A model generated the notes under the pieces. It saw only the letters and a program-made list of their open reading frames with translations. It was not told the DNA's origin and ran no database searches. A stretch of DNA of 64,000 nt, from positions 5,828,001 through 5,892,000 of the forward strand of contig OX597818.1 of the NCBI GenBank assembly GCA_951406725.2, given 5' to 3'. Below, piece after piece: positions 25,837 to 38,245 of this stretch. The position numbers were made by a program, and so were the translations under genes. How positions within the stretch are numbered: position 1 is the stretch's first letter; every line of letters starts with the position of its first letter. This stretch comes from Octopus vulgaris. Its lineage: Eukaryota.

Positions 25837-27181
25837 TTGTATGTGATGAGAATTTATGGAAAAGTATCCCATAGAAAGTCAACAAACAGTTAAAGTTGGA
25901 GAAGAGATGTTAAAATTTTAAAACAGAATTTTAAAACAGAATTTTAATACATGCTTACGTCTTTTCACATGTAAGTAACATAGTAGAATAATTACAAATT
26001 AAATTAAAATAATTTCATATTACTGATCTCCTCGTTGCCAAAAAATATATATAAAAAATTGTTATTATTGTTACAGAAGAGTTGATGCCGGAAATAACAT
26101 ATTCGGATATACATATTTTATCCTTATGAAAGATCAAGAGCATACTTGTTGAGTCTAGTTGTGAACAAAACTAAAAGAAATGTGGTTAACTGTTATTTGA
26201 AAATATAAATAAAAGATGTTTAAGAAATATTCCCTCTATATAAAAATAAGTAGTTAAGTAATATACACTCTAAAGAAAGCATTTATTAAGATAGAGATGT
26301 CCAGTGGGGCAGCATACTTATATTTGAATTAGGATATGACTTGATAGTTATGAGTAATATATAAGTAATATAAGGTATGGTGTATATTTAAAGTTGTTTT
26401 TAATAAAAAAGAATTTTCAGTGCGAGAATAAAAAATGAAAACTAGTTAATATAGTTTTTATTATGCTAGTTGAATACAAACGAAGAAAACGGAGTTATTA
26501 GAGAATAGCTCCATATAATGGATGCTATTTTTTAGTGTAAAAACTTTTATTCATTTGTGTGAATTAAATATAAGATAAAGAAATAAAAACAGAAGTAAGT
26601 ACTTGCTGTGGCTAAAAATATTGAAAAAAAACCTTCGAGGCTAGGAAATTAATATTGTAGGGGCGATTAAGCTGAGACAAAGTCGTAAGAATATTTTTTA
26701 AAAGCGTTATAGTTATCGGTATTTAGTAGGTTGACTATGTTTTTGTATGAATAAATTACAAAACAGAACAAGAGTTGAGAATCCAGTTTGGCATAATGGA
26801 AGTGGGAAGTCTATAGCAATATTATATAAATAATAATAACTGATGTAAGGTAATAGTGGATTGTGAATGTAAGAAAAATCTTTTTTATATATGGAGTAAA
26901 GGGTACAAATACGTATATTAAAAATACGGGAAAAATTTCATATGTAATAATATCTTATAAATGAAAAAATTATATTGTGTATTGATACATTTACCGAGAA
27001 CATATCTACGAGAAATGTATACATAGGATTACATATCCTAGCTACATGTTAAGTTATTTTATTTAAGGTTGCATGTGGTAGATAAGATACCGTACGGTGC
27101 AATATTTTATGCCTTTCCAATTTAAACGGATAAGAAAATATTAAATCAATAATAAAAATAATTATAATAGTAATAATAAAA

Positions 27182-27434
27182 TACGATGGTTATGGTCAAT
27201 CAAGAGAGTAGACGTGATACTAATAGTAATTGGTGCACTTGGGAATTTCAGCACTCAGCTAGTAACAGGCCAGTGTGAAGGAACACCTACAAAATCAGCG
27301 TTGCTTGGAACTGTAAGAATTCTTCGCAGAATTCTTGAAGCATGACCAGTAAACAAGTGTCATCTTAGTCTACTGGCTGTGGACAGCTGACACTTTCTAT
27401 CATACTCAACGAAATAAGTTGTGAGTGTTCATGA

Positions 27435-27436
<2 letters not shown>
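27182..27436 (+). mobile_element. R4/Dong-like extreme 3' fragment
   Basis: LWSIKRVDVILIVIGALG..LQKSALLGTVRILRRILEA*, then 3' UTR and (AAT)n. Confidence 0.8.
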
Positions 27437-27496
<60 letters not shown>

Positions 27497-27497
27497 C

Positions 27498-27868
27498 AAC
27501 AAGAACAGTCAGAGAACGCAAACATCCGCCAAGGCAAAGCCAACATCCTCTCAACGTTTAACCTGAGACGATTTTTAAATGTAAATATCTGAAATAAACT
27601 GTAGTGCTCTTACAACCGAGGATAGTAAAAATGAACACGACATCTCTCAAAACTTAAGTAAACAAAAAATAGGAAAAATTGTCCGTGTGCGGTACTGGAT
27701 CGATCCTAAAATCTAAACAATTAGTGCTAGTCACACTGCCAAACATCCCTGAAATTTCATACGAATCCATTCAGCGTTTCTTAAGATATGTTGCTCACGG
27801 ATTAAGAAAGAAAGAAACAAACAAACACGACTGAAATCAATACCACAGCGTTCGCTAAGGCGGAGGTG

Positions 27869-27870
<2 letters not shown>
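27498..27870. mobile_element. Non-autonomous Helentron/DINE-1-like element
   Basis: Asymmetric subterminal inverted repeat acatccgcc (27522-27530) / ggcggaggt (27859-27867), non-coding interior, A/T-rich insertion site. Confidence 0.55.
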
Positions 27871-28063
<193 letters not shown>

Positions 28064-28065
28064 TG

Positions 28066-28330
28066 AAGATTATGATGTTGATAACTTATGTGTGCTCCCT
28101 GGAGATTGTGTGAGAAACATGGTGCTGAAAAGACATTGAAATGGTACGAGCATGAAACAGACGTTATCATCGGGAATTATGAATATACAATCTTAAATCC
28201 AATGTGATTCGGTGTTTGATGATCAGAGACCAGACATTGCTGTAGTTGATACAATAATGAAGGAAATAATTATCATAGATATTGCCATCGTTGGGGATGT
28301 AGGAATACATGATGAAGAACTAGCAGAGAA
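28066..28330 (+). mobile_element. Degenerate R4/Dong-like RLE fragment
   Basis: WRLCEKHGAE..KWYEHE..RPDIAVVD..IIIDIAIVGD. Confidence 0.7.
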
Positions 28331-28334
28331 TAAG

Positions 28335-28367
28335 ACGAAGAAAGAAAAACAAGAAGAAGAAGAAGAT

Positions 28368-28398
<31 letters not shown>

Positions 28399-28475
28399 GA
28401 GAAGAAGAAGAAGAAGAAACGGAAGAAAAAGAAGAAACGGAAGAAAAAGAAGTAAAAGTAGAAGAAGAAGAAGGA

Positions 28476-28536
<61 letters not shown>

Positions 28537-28575
28537 AAGAAGAAGAAGAAGAAGAAAAAGAAGAAGAAAAAGTAG
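28335..28575. repeat. (GAA)n/(TAA)n compound microsatellite
   Basis: Visible run. Confidence 0.95.
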
Positions 28576-28700
28576 AATTAAGGTAAAATATACTATTTCT
28601 GAGATATTTCGGGTACAAACAAATATCTTCTAGAGTTTTAGTATTAAATATATATAAGGAAGAAAATAATAAGTTTAAATTTCTCAGTGAGAAGTAAGTA

Positions 28701-29195
28701 GTAACAGTACTATAGAGAAAAATGTATTTTCCAACGTAAAGTAGCAGTTCTGATTAGAACAATTTTACTACGGATTTTAGCTCCAGCAAACATGTTTTCC
28801 AGCCAGTAACCGACGCAGAACCGCGTCCTTCTACCTCGAAGAAGGGAGCTAATGTCCGCAATCAGTCTTAAATGGTACCAGCGGACATCTTTTCCAGTTG
28901 GCTACCGTCGCACAGCTGTGTCCTTGTACCTCAAACAAGAGTGCTAATATCTCCACTCAGCTTTAAACTGTACATGCCGAACATTGTTTCTAGGTTATTT
29001 CTCTTCATCGGCTCAGTATAACCGTTGGCTAGACATGGCAGCACTAGGCCCAGTTAGAGGTATAAGCACGAAGTTGTGCGTCGGTAGCTAGCTAGAAAAG
29101 ATGTTTTCTTGGAGCTAATAATAGGTAGTAACATCGTCCTTATCAGGAATGCCACTTTACATTGGCAAATATATTTTATTCTGAAGTACCGTTAC
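28701..29195. mobile_element. MITE-like element with ~130-bp imperfect TIRs, TA flanks and an internal ~100-bp repeat
   Basis: ta|gtaacagtact ... agtaccgttac|ta; 28701-28830 is inverted relative to 29060-29195. Partial copies at 29345-29505 and 30470-30545. Confidence 0.65.
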
Positions 29196-29509
29196 TAATT
29201 AATTCTCGCTTACTGATTTAAAATTAATTGTGTTTCTCTAAACGATATCAGTGACTGTTGGTCACTTTAAAAATATATATCTCAAGCAAGGACTAGTACT
29301 GCTCGCTTTGTGCCAATGAACGGAAATAACCAAGAAAGTATCGGTTACAAGTACCATTTAAGGCAGAGTGGGGACATTAGCTCCCTTGTTCGAGATATAA
29401 GGACGCAGTTACCCAGCTGGAAAAAATGTTTTCCTTGGGCTAAAAAAAGTGGTAACATCATCCTAATCAGGACTGCTACTTTGCACTGGCAAATAGATTT
29501 TACTGATAT

Positions 29510-29785
29510 ACGTATTAATCTGCTCTGGGTATCGAGAGCAATGCATAGGCCAAACAATAAATAGTCTACTTCAAAGGATGAATCTACACATATCTCAGAT
29601 CAAAATTCCGAATAACAGTAAAACAGCATTCAGCGAACACGTCGACATTTGCGCCAATAACAACAAAAAAAACCCAACTTTAGAAGTTTTCACCACTATC
29701 ATTTCAGGGACAATACAACCTGTAGCAAGTAAAGAGTCATTCTTTATCACAAAATACAAACCCCTTTGGAATGCATCCGCAACAA
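29510..29785 (+). pseudogene. Penelope-like GIY-YIG endonuclease fragment (different clade from 24286)
   Basis: ICSGYREQCIGQTINSLLQRMNLHISQI..FSEHVDIC..SKESFFITKYKPLWN resembles CxGCxExYIGQTxxxLxxRxxxH..E..FI....P.LN. Confidence 0.72.
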
Positions 29786-30055
29786 ATGACGTATTCACCA
29801 AGGACTTACAATGACACACACGCAAATATTAAAATCGATAAATTCAAAACAATCACCTCAAGAGTTTTTTCAGAATCATAACTAACATCTACAACGAGTC
29901 ACTTTTAGGTCAATTGTCCATTTAATATCCCGATACTGTCATACAAATCTCGCATTCCTTTCTTCTTCTTCTTCTTCTTCTTCTTCTTCTTCTTCTCCTT
30001 CAATAAATGAAGCATTAAATAAATAACATACATATAATAAATACATATGCATATA

Positions 30056-30087
<32 letters not shown>

Positions 30088-30091
30088 AATA

Positions 30092-30132
<41 letters not shown>

Positions 30133-30134
30133 TA

Positions 30135-30338
30135 AATATGTTACATTACTCGGTAGTCAAGATAAACTCTGAGTTTAGATGCGAAGTGGAAATCCACAAC
30201 ACCATCTCTTCGGTTATCTGGCTATTTGAAAACGTTATGAAAAAATAGCCAGATAACCGAAGAGATGGTGTTGTGGATTTCCACTTCGGCATCTGAAACT
30301 CAGAGTTTTATCTTGACTACCGAGTAATGTAACATATT
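30135..30338. repeat. ~95-bp near-perfect inverted repeat containing a hammerhead-like motif
   Basis: 30135-30227 vs 30243-30338 differ only by a few single-base indels; 15-nt loop; between (TA)n tracts. Confidence 0.93.
30251..30313 (+). ncRNA. Type I hammerhead-like motif (U4C)
   Basis: agataa CCGAAGA gatg..catct GAAAC tcaga GTT ttatct: 6-bp stem I agataa/ttatct, stem II gatg/catc. Confidence 0.6.
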
Positions 30339-30409
30339 GTATAGATAAATTTCCTCTATTTACATAATATTGAGGTCTCTTTCTTTCTTTTGTTATCTTA
30401 CCGTTTTAT

Positions 30410-30452
<43 letters not shown>

Positions 30453-30544
30453 TATATATATAGAATACTAATGTTACTAGCTTTTTTATCACCAAGAAAA
30501 CATCTTTTCCAGTTGGCTACCGGCGCACATTTGTGTCCTTGTAC

Positions 30545-30943
30545 GCGCACACCCACAAACACATACTCAATACCAACACACACAAAACGCATAAACACAC
30601 ACACGCCACCCAGACAAACCAATACACATGGTCACACATACGAACAAACACATACACACACTGGCGCACACGCAACACACTAACAAGCATTAACCACACA
30701 CATACAAACACAAACGGGCACACATATACGCACACATTCCTACCAAATCTTAAAAACACGTCTTTTTACACCACAGTGGACCCTGGGAACAATCAAAATC
30801 GGCCCCCACACAAACACATGTATGTATATATATGTATATATATATATACACACACACTCACACCGTTTTGATCCCCATACAGACGCACATATACACACAG
30901 GTGCGCACACAAAGCACCATGACAAAGACCAATCACGCACATT

Positions 30944-30977
<34 letters not shown>

Positions 30978-31630
30978 TGTATATATATATACACACACAC
31001 AAAGACACACACTCGCACCATATATACGCACACACTCAATACAAACACATACTCAATACCAACACACACAAAATGCATATACACACACACGCCACACAGA
31101 TGCACCCAACAGACATGGACACACATACGAACAAACACATATACACTAGCGCACACGCAACACACTAACAAACATCAAGCACACACATACACACACACAC
31201 AAACGGGCACACATATACACACACCATCCTACCAAATTTTAAAAACACACATCTATTTACACCACAATGGACCCTGTGGCCAATCAAAAGCAGCACCCCA
31301 CACACCCAAACACATGTATACATATATATACACGCACAAACACTAACACACTCACACCATTTTGACCTCCATACAAACACACATATACACACACATGCAC
31401 ACAACACCAAGACAATCACACACACGGTTGACAAAAAGGGACACACATATACACACACATGCACACACACACAGCACCATGACACACATACAACACCAAG
31501 ACAATCACACACACGGTTGACAAATGGGCACACATATACACACACCATCCTACCAGATTTTACAAACACACAGACACATCTATTCACACAACATATGTAT
31601 ATACACACACACAAAGGTACACACACTAGA
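30545..31630. repeat. CA-rich degenerate region with higher-order duplications
   Basis: aaacacatactcaataccaacacacacaaaa and cctaccaaat.ttaaaaacac recur at ~30557-30870 and ~31043-31370; caagacaatcacacacacggttgacaaa recurs at ~31408 and ~31497. Confidence 0.85.
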
Positions 31631-31929
31631 ACCATTCTGACCTCTAAAGACCAATCCCCCAAATCATTGATGCGTGAAGGAGAGACAAAAATGAGAAATT
31701 CTTTTCAGTTCTACATTACTCTTCCTTCTCCCACCCAAACACACATTTTACCTTGAAATAGATAATATTTTACGTTAACATGGTGGACATGTCAGTTTGA
31801 GCTTCCCTACTACTATAATGTAAACTTTTTTGAACTCATAATATTCTTTGCGTGTATACCAATATTTCACTGAACTTTTTAATAATTCCTTCTGGAAACT
31901 ATCTTTAACATTTTCTTGAGAATGTATAT

Positions 31930-32165
31930 TTATGTTGTAATCTTTTGTGCCCAATATTTTAAGGAACTTGTTAAATTTTTATATCCTTAACATGTTCTTG
32001 TTACCAAAGACTGTATATATATGTATTGTAGCATTTTGTAACAACCAATAATTAACACAACCAAACTTTTACATGTTACTTTTGACAATCTTTTTCCAAA
32101 GAGTGAAAACGGTAAAGTAAATAAACATCTTTTAAAACTGCATTTTCAAACCTTCTTTCTTATAT
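31930..32165 (+). mobile_element. Penelope-like end with hammerhead-like motif (second copy of the 15575-15830 family)
   Basis: ttactt TTGACAA tctttttccaaagagt GAAA acgg TA aagtaa (32076-32120); tail gcattttcaaaccttcttt shared with the first copy. Confidence 0.6.
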
Positions 32166-32200
32166 AATTCCAGTCGTGCGGTACCCTACAACTCCACTTT

Positions 32201-32550
<350 letters not shown>

Positions 32551-33464
32551 ACAGAAACATACATCCATGATGGAGAATATGTGAAATGTACTTAGATTAT
32601 GGAAAATGAAAGAATTAACTATTCACGTTCTCATGAATAATCAACAAATAGGGATTTGAATAACAGTAATTCAACATTTGTACTCAAACTGTGCAGACTG
32701 TAAGGTTACATATATGTGCATTTCTTCGAATCAAATAACAGTAATAAGTATGTAATTGATTAATTACACTATATAATAGAAGATTACTTTCAACGGATTC
32801 CGGAATATTGTTGAACTGCGTGCATTTAAACATGAATTATCAGTCAGGTATTATTAGAAAATATATTTCCATTTCAATGTACAAAAGATATAATGTATAA
32901 AGCATATTGTGGTTGCATCCATCATGCAATAATGTGCTTTTGTATATTAAATGCATTCATTGCATTACAATATGAAATATTGTCTTCCTATCTATTTTGT
33001 TGACGAGTGCATCCCGTAAAGGTAAAGCTCTAATATATATATATATATAATTTGATTGTGTCAAGGAACTATAATCCTTTAAAAGATGCTAGCATCCTCG
33101 CTCTCCGGTTTATAGCAGTGTCCAATGAAACTTGAATATATATGATTTGCATTGATTTATATAAGTATCTAAAATATTTATGAATGCGAAAAGGAAGAAA
33201 ATGGAGAAGCTGACATCCAGATATTAGTTTACTCAAAGATATTCAAATAACGAAATTCTTGTCCTACAGCTGTTTCCATATTCAATAAATTCAATTACAG
33301 AAATTAAATATGGTTTGATTTATATTTTCATATTAAAATTAATTAATTGGGTATTTCATCTGGGAAGAATTTTCACAAAAGGAGTTTCATTTTAAAATTT
33401 TGGTTGGCCTATAACAAACCAGAGATCTATACGTTTTAGAATGTGTGTGTTTTTTAAAAGCCAT

Positions 33465-34265
33465 TTTTGGTCCATAGTTCCATTCGCAAAGCAAATTAAG
33501 GGTAATTTGGTTGGAACCTTACACAAACTTTTCTCTAAACACTTTACAAAGGAAAATAAATATTAGGATATTACAAACACCAGGCTTCTTAAAATTGGTT
33601 ATTTCATATCTAATAATTTATACCAAATTATATCTTCAATTAGCGGAAGGAAGTATCTAATTTTTATAATAATTGTAATAGTAATAAACGCCATAACAGT
33701 AATACCAATGGAATAAACGTTACAAAGGAAAGTAAATTTGGGACGTCTATTGTGCAAAGGGAAACAGCCCGTATCAATCCCATCCCAATCTCTTGAAAGT
33801 AGATTAAATGGCAAATAGCAATTATATTGTTTATAATGGTGTGAAACAGAATAATAATACTAGTACTAATGAAAATACATTTTCTAATGGCAGGTTTAGA
33901 ACTGAATGTTTATTTGAAAATTATTGTAAGCAAAAGAATGTTGTTTACAGATGTACGGTAATATCTTAGGGTAAAAGTTTCTTCTATATAGGGGTTGTGC
34001 AAAATTTTGTTAAGAAACGCATCTCAAACCATATTTACAGCTTTAATATGAACAGACCTACCATCCTCAGTAAATTTATCTGGGACTTGATAGACAAGAA
34101 AAACCATTTGTCTGTGGAGTAGGAGATTATAAGCAAGACAACTGCTTATAAGCCTGGAAACTTCTTTTGATTTATTTTTGATCTTATATTCTACGAAACG
34201 TCTCTTAAATTCTGGTTTTTCATGTGTTCACGCAAGTAAATGGACTCTTAGAAATTACCATTCAA
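33465..34265 (+). pseudogene. PLE thumb/linker and GIY-YIG endonuclease pseudogene
   Basis: FWSIVPFAKQIKGNLVGTLHKLFSKHF..LKIGYFISNNLYQIISS; CLFENYCKQKNVVYRC..FYIG..KKRISNH..LSKFIWDL..FSCVH. Several TAG stops and a deletion of the CxxC motif. Confidence 0.82.
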
Positions 34266-35009
34266 TATATAATCATCATTGATGTTGATCGTTAATAAAT
34301 GGTTAGGTGATGTAATATTGATGAAAAATATATGTTATGATGTAATATAATATAATATATCAATTAAATGGTGTAGCTGCACGTCATGTCATCTATACGT
34401 GACAATGTATTGTTATTTTATTATAAATTCAAAATAAGCACGTTTCTTATTAATATATCGTGGAAATTCTTATAATAATTTATAAAACTAAATTTGAGCT
34501 AGAACATTATCTTAATTGTAATTACAGCTTTAGTGTTCAATGGTCTGATATATATTATTTATAAATAGTATCTGGTAATGGTTAGGGTTTGTTTTCGTTT
34601 ACAAATTTTATATTGACCATAGATTTACGCACAAATATTGATGAGGCAACACTATTATATTGTAATTAACTAGAAGTTTTGATGCGCCATATTTTTGTTA
34701 TCTTCAGTATATTTAACAAACGCATTCACAACTCCTTGATGAATGTTACAACCTTATCCCCCACTCTCTCTAGCCATCATTCTGTCTCTTATTATAACAT
34801 CTATTTCGCCCTAACTACCACATCCCCGCCAATAAAAACCGTCATGTATTACATATGGTTCTGCACAAATATATCGAACATATTTGTTTATATGTATATA
34901 TAATGTAAATAACGGTATTTTTAAAACAACGAACACATTCTAAAACGCACATATTTGAGTCAGTGGTAGGTCAACAAACACGTTGAGACGTAACTCCCTT
35001 TTGAGAAAA

Positions 35010-35127
35010 TTCTTCCCTGATGAAATATCCAATTAGCCTATTTCAATATGAGAATTTAAATTAAATTAAATCAATTTAATTCTTGTAATTGATCTAATTG
35101 GTTATGGAAACGACTGTAGGACAAGAA
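35010..35127 (+). ncRNA. Type I hammerhead ribozyme motif with canonical core
   Basis: ttcttcc CTGATGA aatatccaattag..ctaattggttatg GAAAC gact GTA ggacaagaa; predicted cleavage after A35118. Confidence 0.72.
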
Positions 35128-35250
35128 TTTTATTATATGGATTTGAATATTTTTGAATAAACTGATGTCTGTATGTCAATTTCTCCCTTTTCCTCCTTTT
35201 CTCTCTCTCTCTTTCTTTCTCACGCGTAGGGACGCACACACACATATGTG

Positions 35251-35254
<4 letters not shown>

Positions 35255-35296
<42 letters not shown>

Positions 35297-35324
35297 TGTG
35301 TGTGTGTGTGTTTGTGTTTGTGCG

Positions 35325-35423
<99 letters not shown>

Positions 35424-35431
35424 TATATAGA

Positions 35432-35480
<49 letters not shown>
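35255..35480. repeat. (TA)n/(TG)n microsatellites
   Basis: Visible run. Confidence 0.95.
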
Positions 35481-35481
<1 letters not shown>

Positions 35482-35931
35482 TGCGTGTGTGTGTGTATAT
35501 CAGTTTCCCAACCACTACTGTATATATGACAAATCAAGATTGAGAATATTGAATTTAAAAGAATAATTAGTCGAGTAATATTTTCAAATTATAATTTCGT
35601 AGATTTGGTAGAAATTATATTCTAACTGATCAAACATGCTATGTTGATAAAATACCGTAATTCTTTCCGAAATGTGTGCGGAACTAGTTAAAATCCAACC
35701 AGATTCCGTCCCAGCTTTCGGTTGTTTTGCATATTTGTGTTTGAAATATTTGTCACAATCAAATTTATCATCGTTAACATCAATCGACTTGCTAATATTA
35801 ATTTGTCTTTTTAGTATATATGTAACTCTAGGTTTAGGTCCTTTGTAAAGGTTTTCTCGCACATTTGTGAGTGTGGGACGCCATAGCCGTCATATATACA
35901 ACATATTTATTGTTTCTTCCATGGTGAATTA

Positions 35932-36904
35932 CACTGTGCAACAAATTTCAGGTTAACAAAAAGTACAAGTTAAGTAAGACTTGTTTTTGGGTCAAAAAAT
36001 TGTCCCTATTCTGATTCTGACCCTTAGTTCTCTAGATTAAGCACCGTTTTCCTGTACCATGAAACGTGTTTGATAATATACTGCATAATATTGCGTATTG
36101 AACACAACATTGCAAATACTGAAAGTTACAAAAAACAAAACAAAAATTTAGTTGGTATAACAAAACATATATTGGTTATGAATTAAAAACACACCTGTCA
36201 GTTTAAACAACTTTTGTCCTTCTAAGCCTCTTGTGCGGAGTGTAATCATCTTTTTTAATACCCCAGCAGTATTCTGCCAACATACCAGGGTTCCATTTTC
36301 TTATGAATCATCGCTCCATCACTGGAATAACCTGATGGAATCGTTCGCCATGTTCATCACTCACATTGCCAAGATTTTCCCCCCAAAATCCAAATGAGAG
36401 TGAAGCACATGTTACATCCCATATCATGAAACCAGGCACTCAATGTTTTCACACATGTAAGGCAACACACATGAGGCGCCCATGACTTAGTCTGGTCACC
36501 TAAGTAACAATCGAAGTATGCATTGTATATTTTCTTGATATGGCATGTGATTTTCTTTAGCAAAAGTCAATTCCCCACAGATATAACAGAATCTGTTTGG
36601 ATCATTTTTGCACTGTCTTGCACTCATTGTTGAAAACAATTAAGATCTGAAAGATAAAAAAATAACATTCATCTCAAGCTTTGATGCACATTGTAGGTGT
36701 TACGAAGATTGGTCTCTAGCCCTGGGTTGAAACCCATTTTACAATGCGGTAGATAATTTTATTTAATAATAATGATAAAAAGTGACAATTCTGTAGAAAC
36801 CATGCCTAATTCAACAAAAAGAAGGCCAGAAATGGATTTCCCACGTCAATTTGCATACAAAAATGGCTACAGATCTCTTGTACTTTTTTGAGTGTTGCAC
36901 AGTG
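35932..36904 (-). mobile_element. Internally deleted Chapaev3 (CMC) DNA transposon
   Basis: tta|cactgtgcaaca ... tgttgcacagtg|tta (CAC-starting TIRs, 3-bp TTA TSD). N-terminal CKNDPNRFCYICG..LGDQTKSWAPHVCCLTC and C-terminal VSDEHGERFHQ..MLAEYCW. Confidence 0.88.
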
Positions 36905-36949
36905 TTATTCATCACTAAATTGCAGATTTTCATGAATTTTGCTTTCAAG

Positions 36950-37600
36950 TAGGAGAGGGTACCCAAAAGGAATTTTGGAATTTTGCAATAATATTTTATT
37001 CATTTAGTTTAACATGTTTACACGTTTATTGCCTGCGAAGTATTATCAATTTAAAGCGATGCATCAATCCACGCATTTCCTGCTGCATGAAGCAGTACTG
37101 GAACCCTTGCGAAGCGATGCCTTTTAACGCCTCCGTCGTTTTTTCTTCTCCTCTTCCACATCTGCAAAACGTATTCCTTGAATAACTAACTTTTTCGTTA
37201 GTAAAAAGAAAACAAAGTCACAGAGAGGAAGAACAACTTCCAACTGTTCTTTCAGTTCACAACACGCATTCAGTCGTGACCACTTTTGATCTTCTGTGAG
37301 CAAGCGAAGCACAAATTTTGCTGCAACTCTTTTCATTCGGAATTTTTCGCTCAAAATTCGGTGGCAGGAGCTCCAGGACACACGACTCATATAAAAAAAA
37401 ATTATCAATTGTTCGACCACGGCCCTCCAAGTTCACTTTATGAATTTTCGTGATGTTTTCAGTCGTTCCGTATGTCAACGGTGTCCGTGAACGAGAATGG
37501 TCTTCAAGAGACAATTGACCATTCCTAAAGTGTGAAAACCACTGGTAAATTTGTGCTTTGTACATGACACCGTCTTGTAAGTTGTCTGAAGTCCAAACTG
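36950..37600 (-). mobile_element. Mariner relic, second subfamily, internally deleted
   Basis: TIR-like gagggtacccaaaag near 36955; IYQWFSHFRNGQLSLEDHSRS, RILSEKFRMKRVAAKFVLRLLTEDQK, LPLCDF, GIRFADVEE. Confidence 0.82.
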
Positions 37601-37875
37601 CATATATTGCAACCACGTGATCTATCTCTAAAGAGGAAAAGATGAAATATCGTATGGTTGCACTCAATGGAGACGTCTTGGAATATCTTAAAGTCACTAC
37701 CTGCCACTAACTTCCTATAAATTGTTACTCATTTTAATTATATTTCAGTATAGGTTCAATCGAAGCAAGGTGTTTACTTCTACAATTAGCGACAGACATT
37801 CCTACTGTATACCAGTAATTACCGATATAAAGGCACTGAAAACATGATTACGAAAGGACAATTAAAAAAATAATT

Positions 37876-38245
37876 TTTTCACTTGGTTCAGTCATTTGAC
37901 TACAGCCATGCTGGAGCACCACCTTAAGGGATTTTACTCGAAGAAGTCGAACTCAAGACGTTTTCTTTGTAAGCTTATTACTTATTCTATCGATCTCTTT
38001 GGCCGAACTTCTAAGTTACGGGGACGCAATGGTAGGGGTGACAAATACAGGCTCTAACACACACACGCACACATATATATACGATGGGTTTCTTTCAGTT
38101 TCCGTTTACCAAATCTACTCACAAGACTTAGGTCGGCCCGAAGCTATAGCAGAACAGCCTTGACGAAGCTGACACATAGTTGGACTGAAACAAGAGGCAT
38201 GTGGTTGGTAACAAATCTTCTAAGCACACAGCCACACCTGAGCCT
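37876..38245 (-). mobile_element. CORE-type SINE, near full length
   Basis: ttcagtcatttgactacagccatgctggagcacc...cacacagccacacctg. Confidence 0.85.

Larger units (their letters stand above)
33186..35215 (+). mobile_element. RT-less Penelope-like element bracketed by ~270-bp inverted hammerhead-bearing repeats
   Basis: 33186-33460 is a diverged reverse complement of 34920-35205; the interior holds a linker plus GIY-YIG relic. Confidence 0.82.

Noticed and set aside
25850-27130. Possible minus-strand PLE relic with a decayed hammerhead near 25950-26040
   Set aside because: Core boxes and coding motifs are too degenerate to call.
34168-34170. In-frame TGA aligning with the first Cys of the GIY-YIG CxxC, suggesting selenocysteine as reported for some Naiad PLEs
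   Set aside because: The downstream sequence resumes in another frame (DLFLILYSTKRLLNS), so the TGA is created by a deletion junction. The copy also has several TAG stops, and I saw no SECIS.
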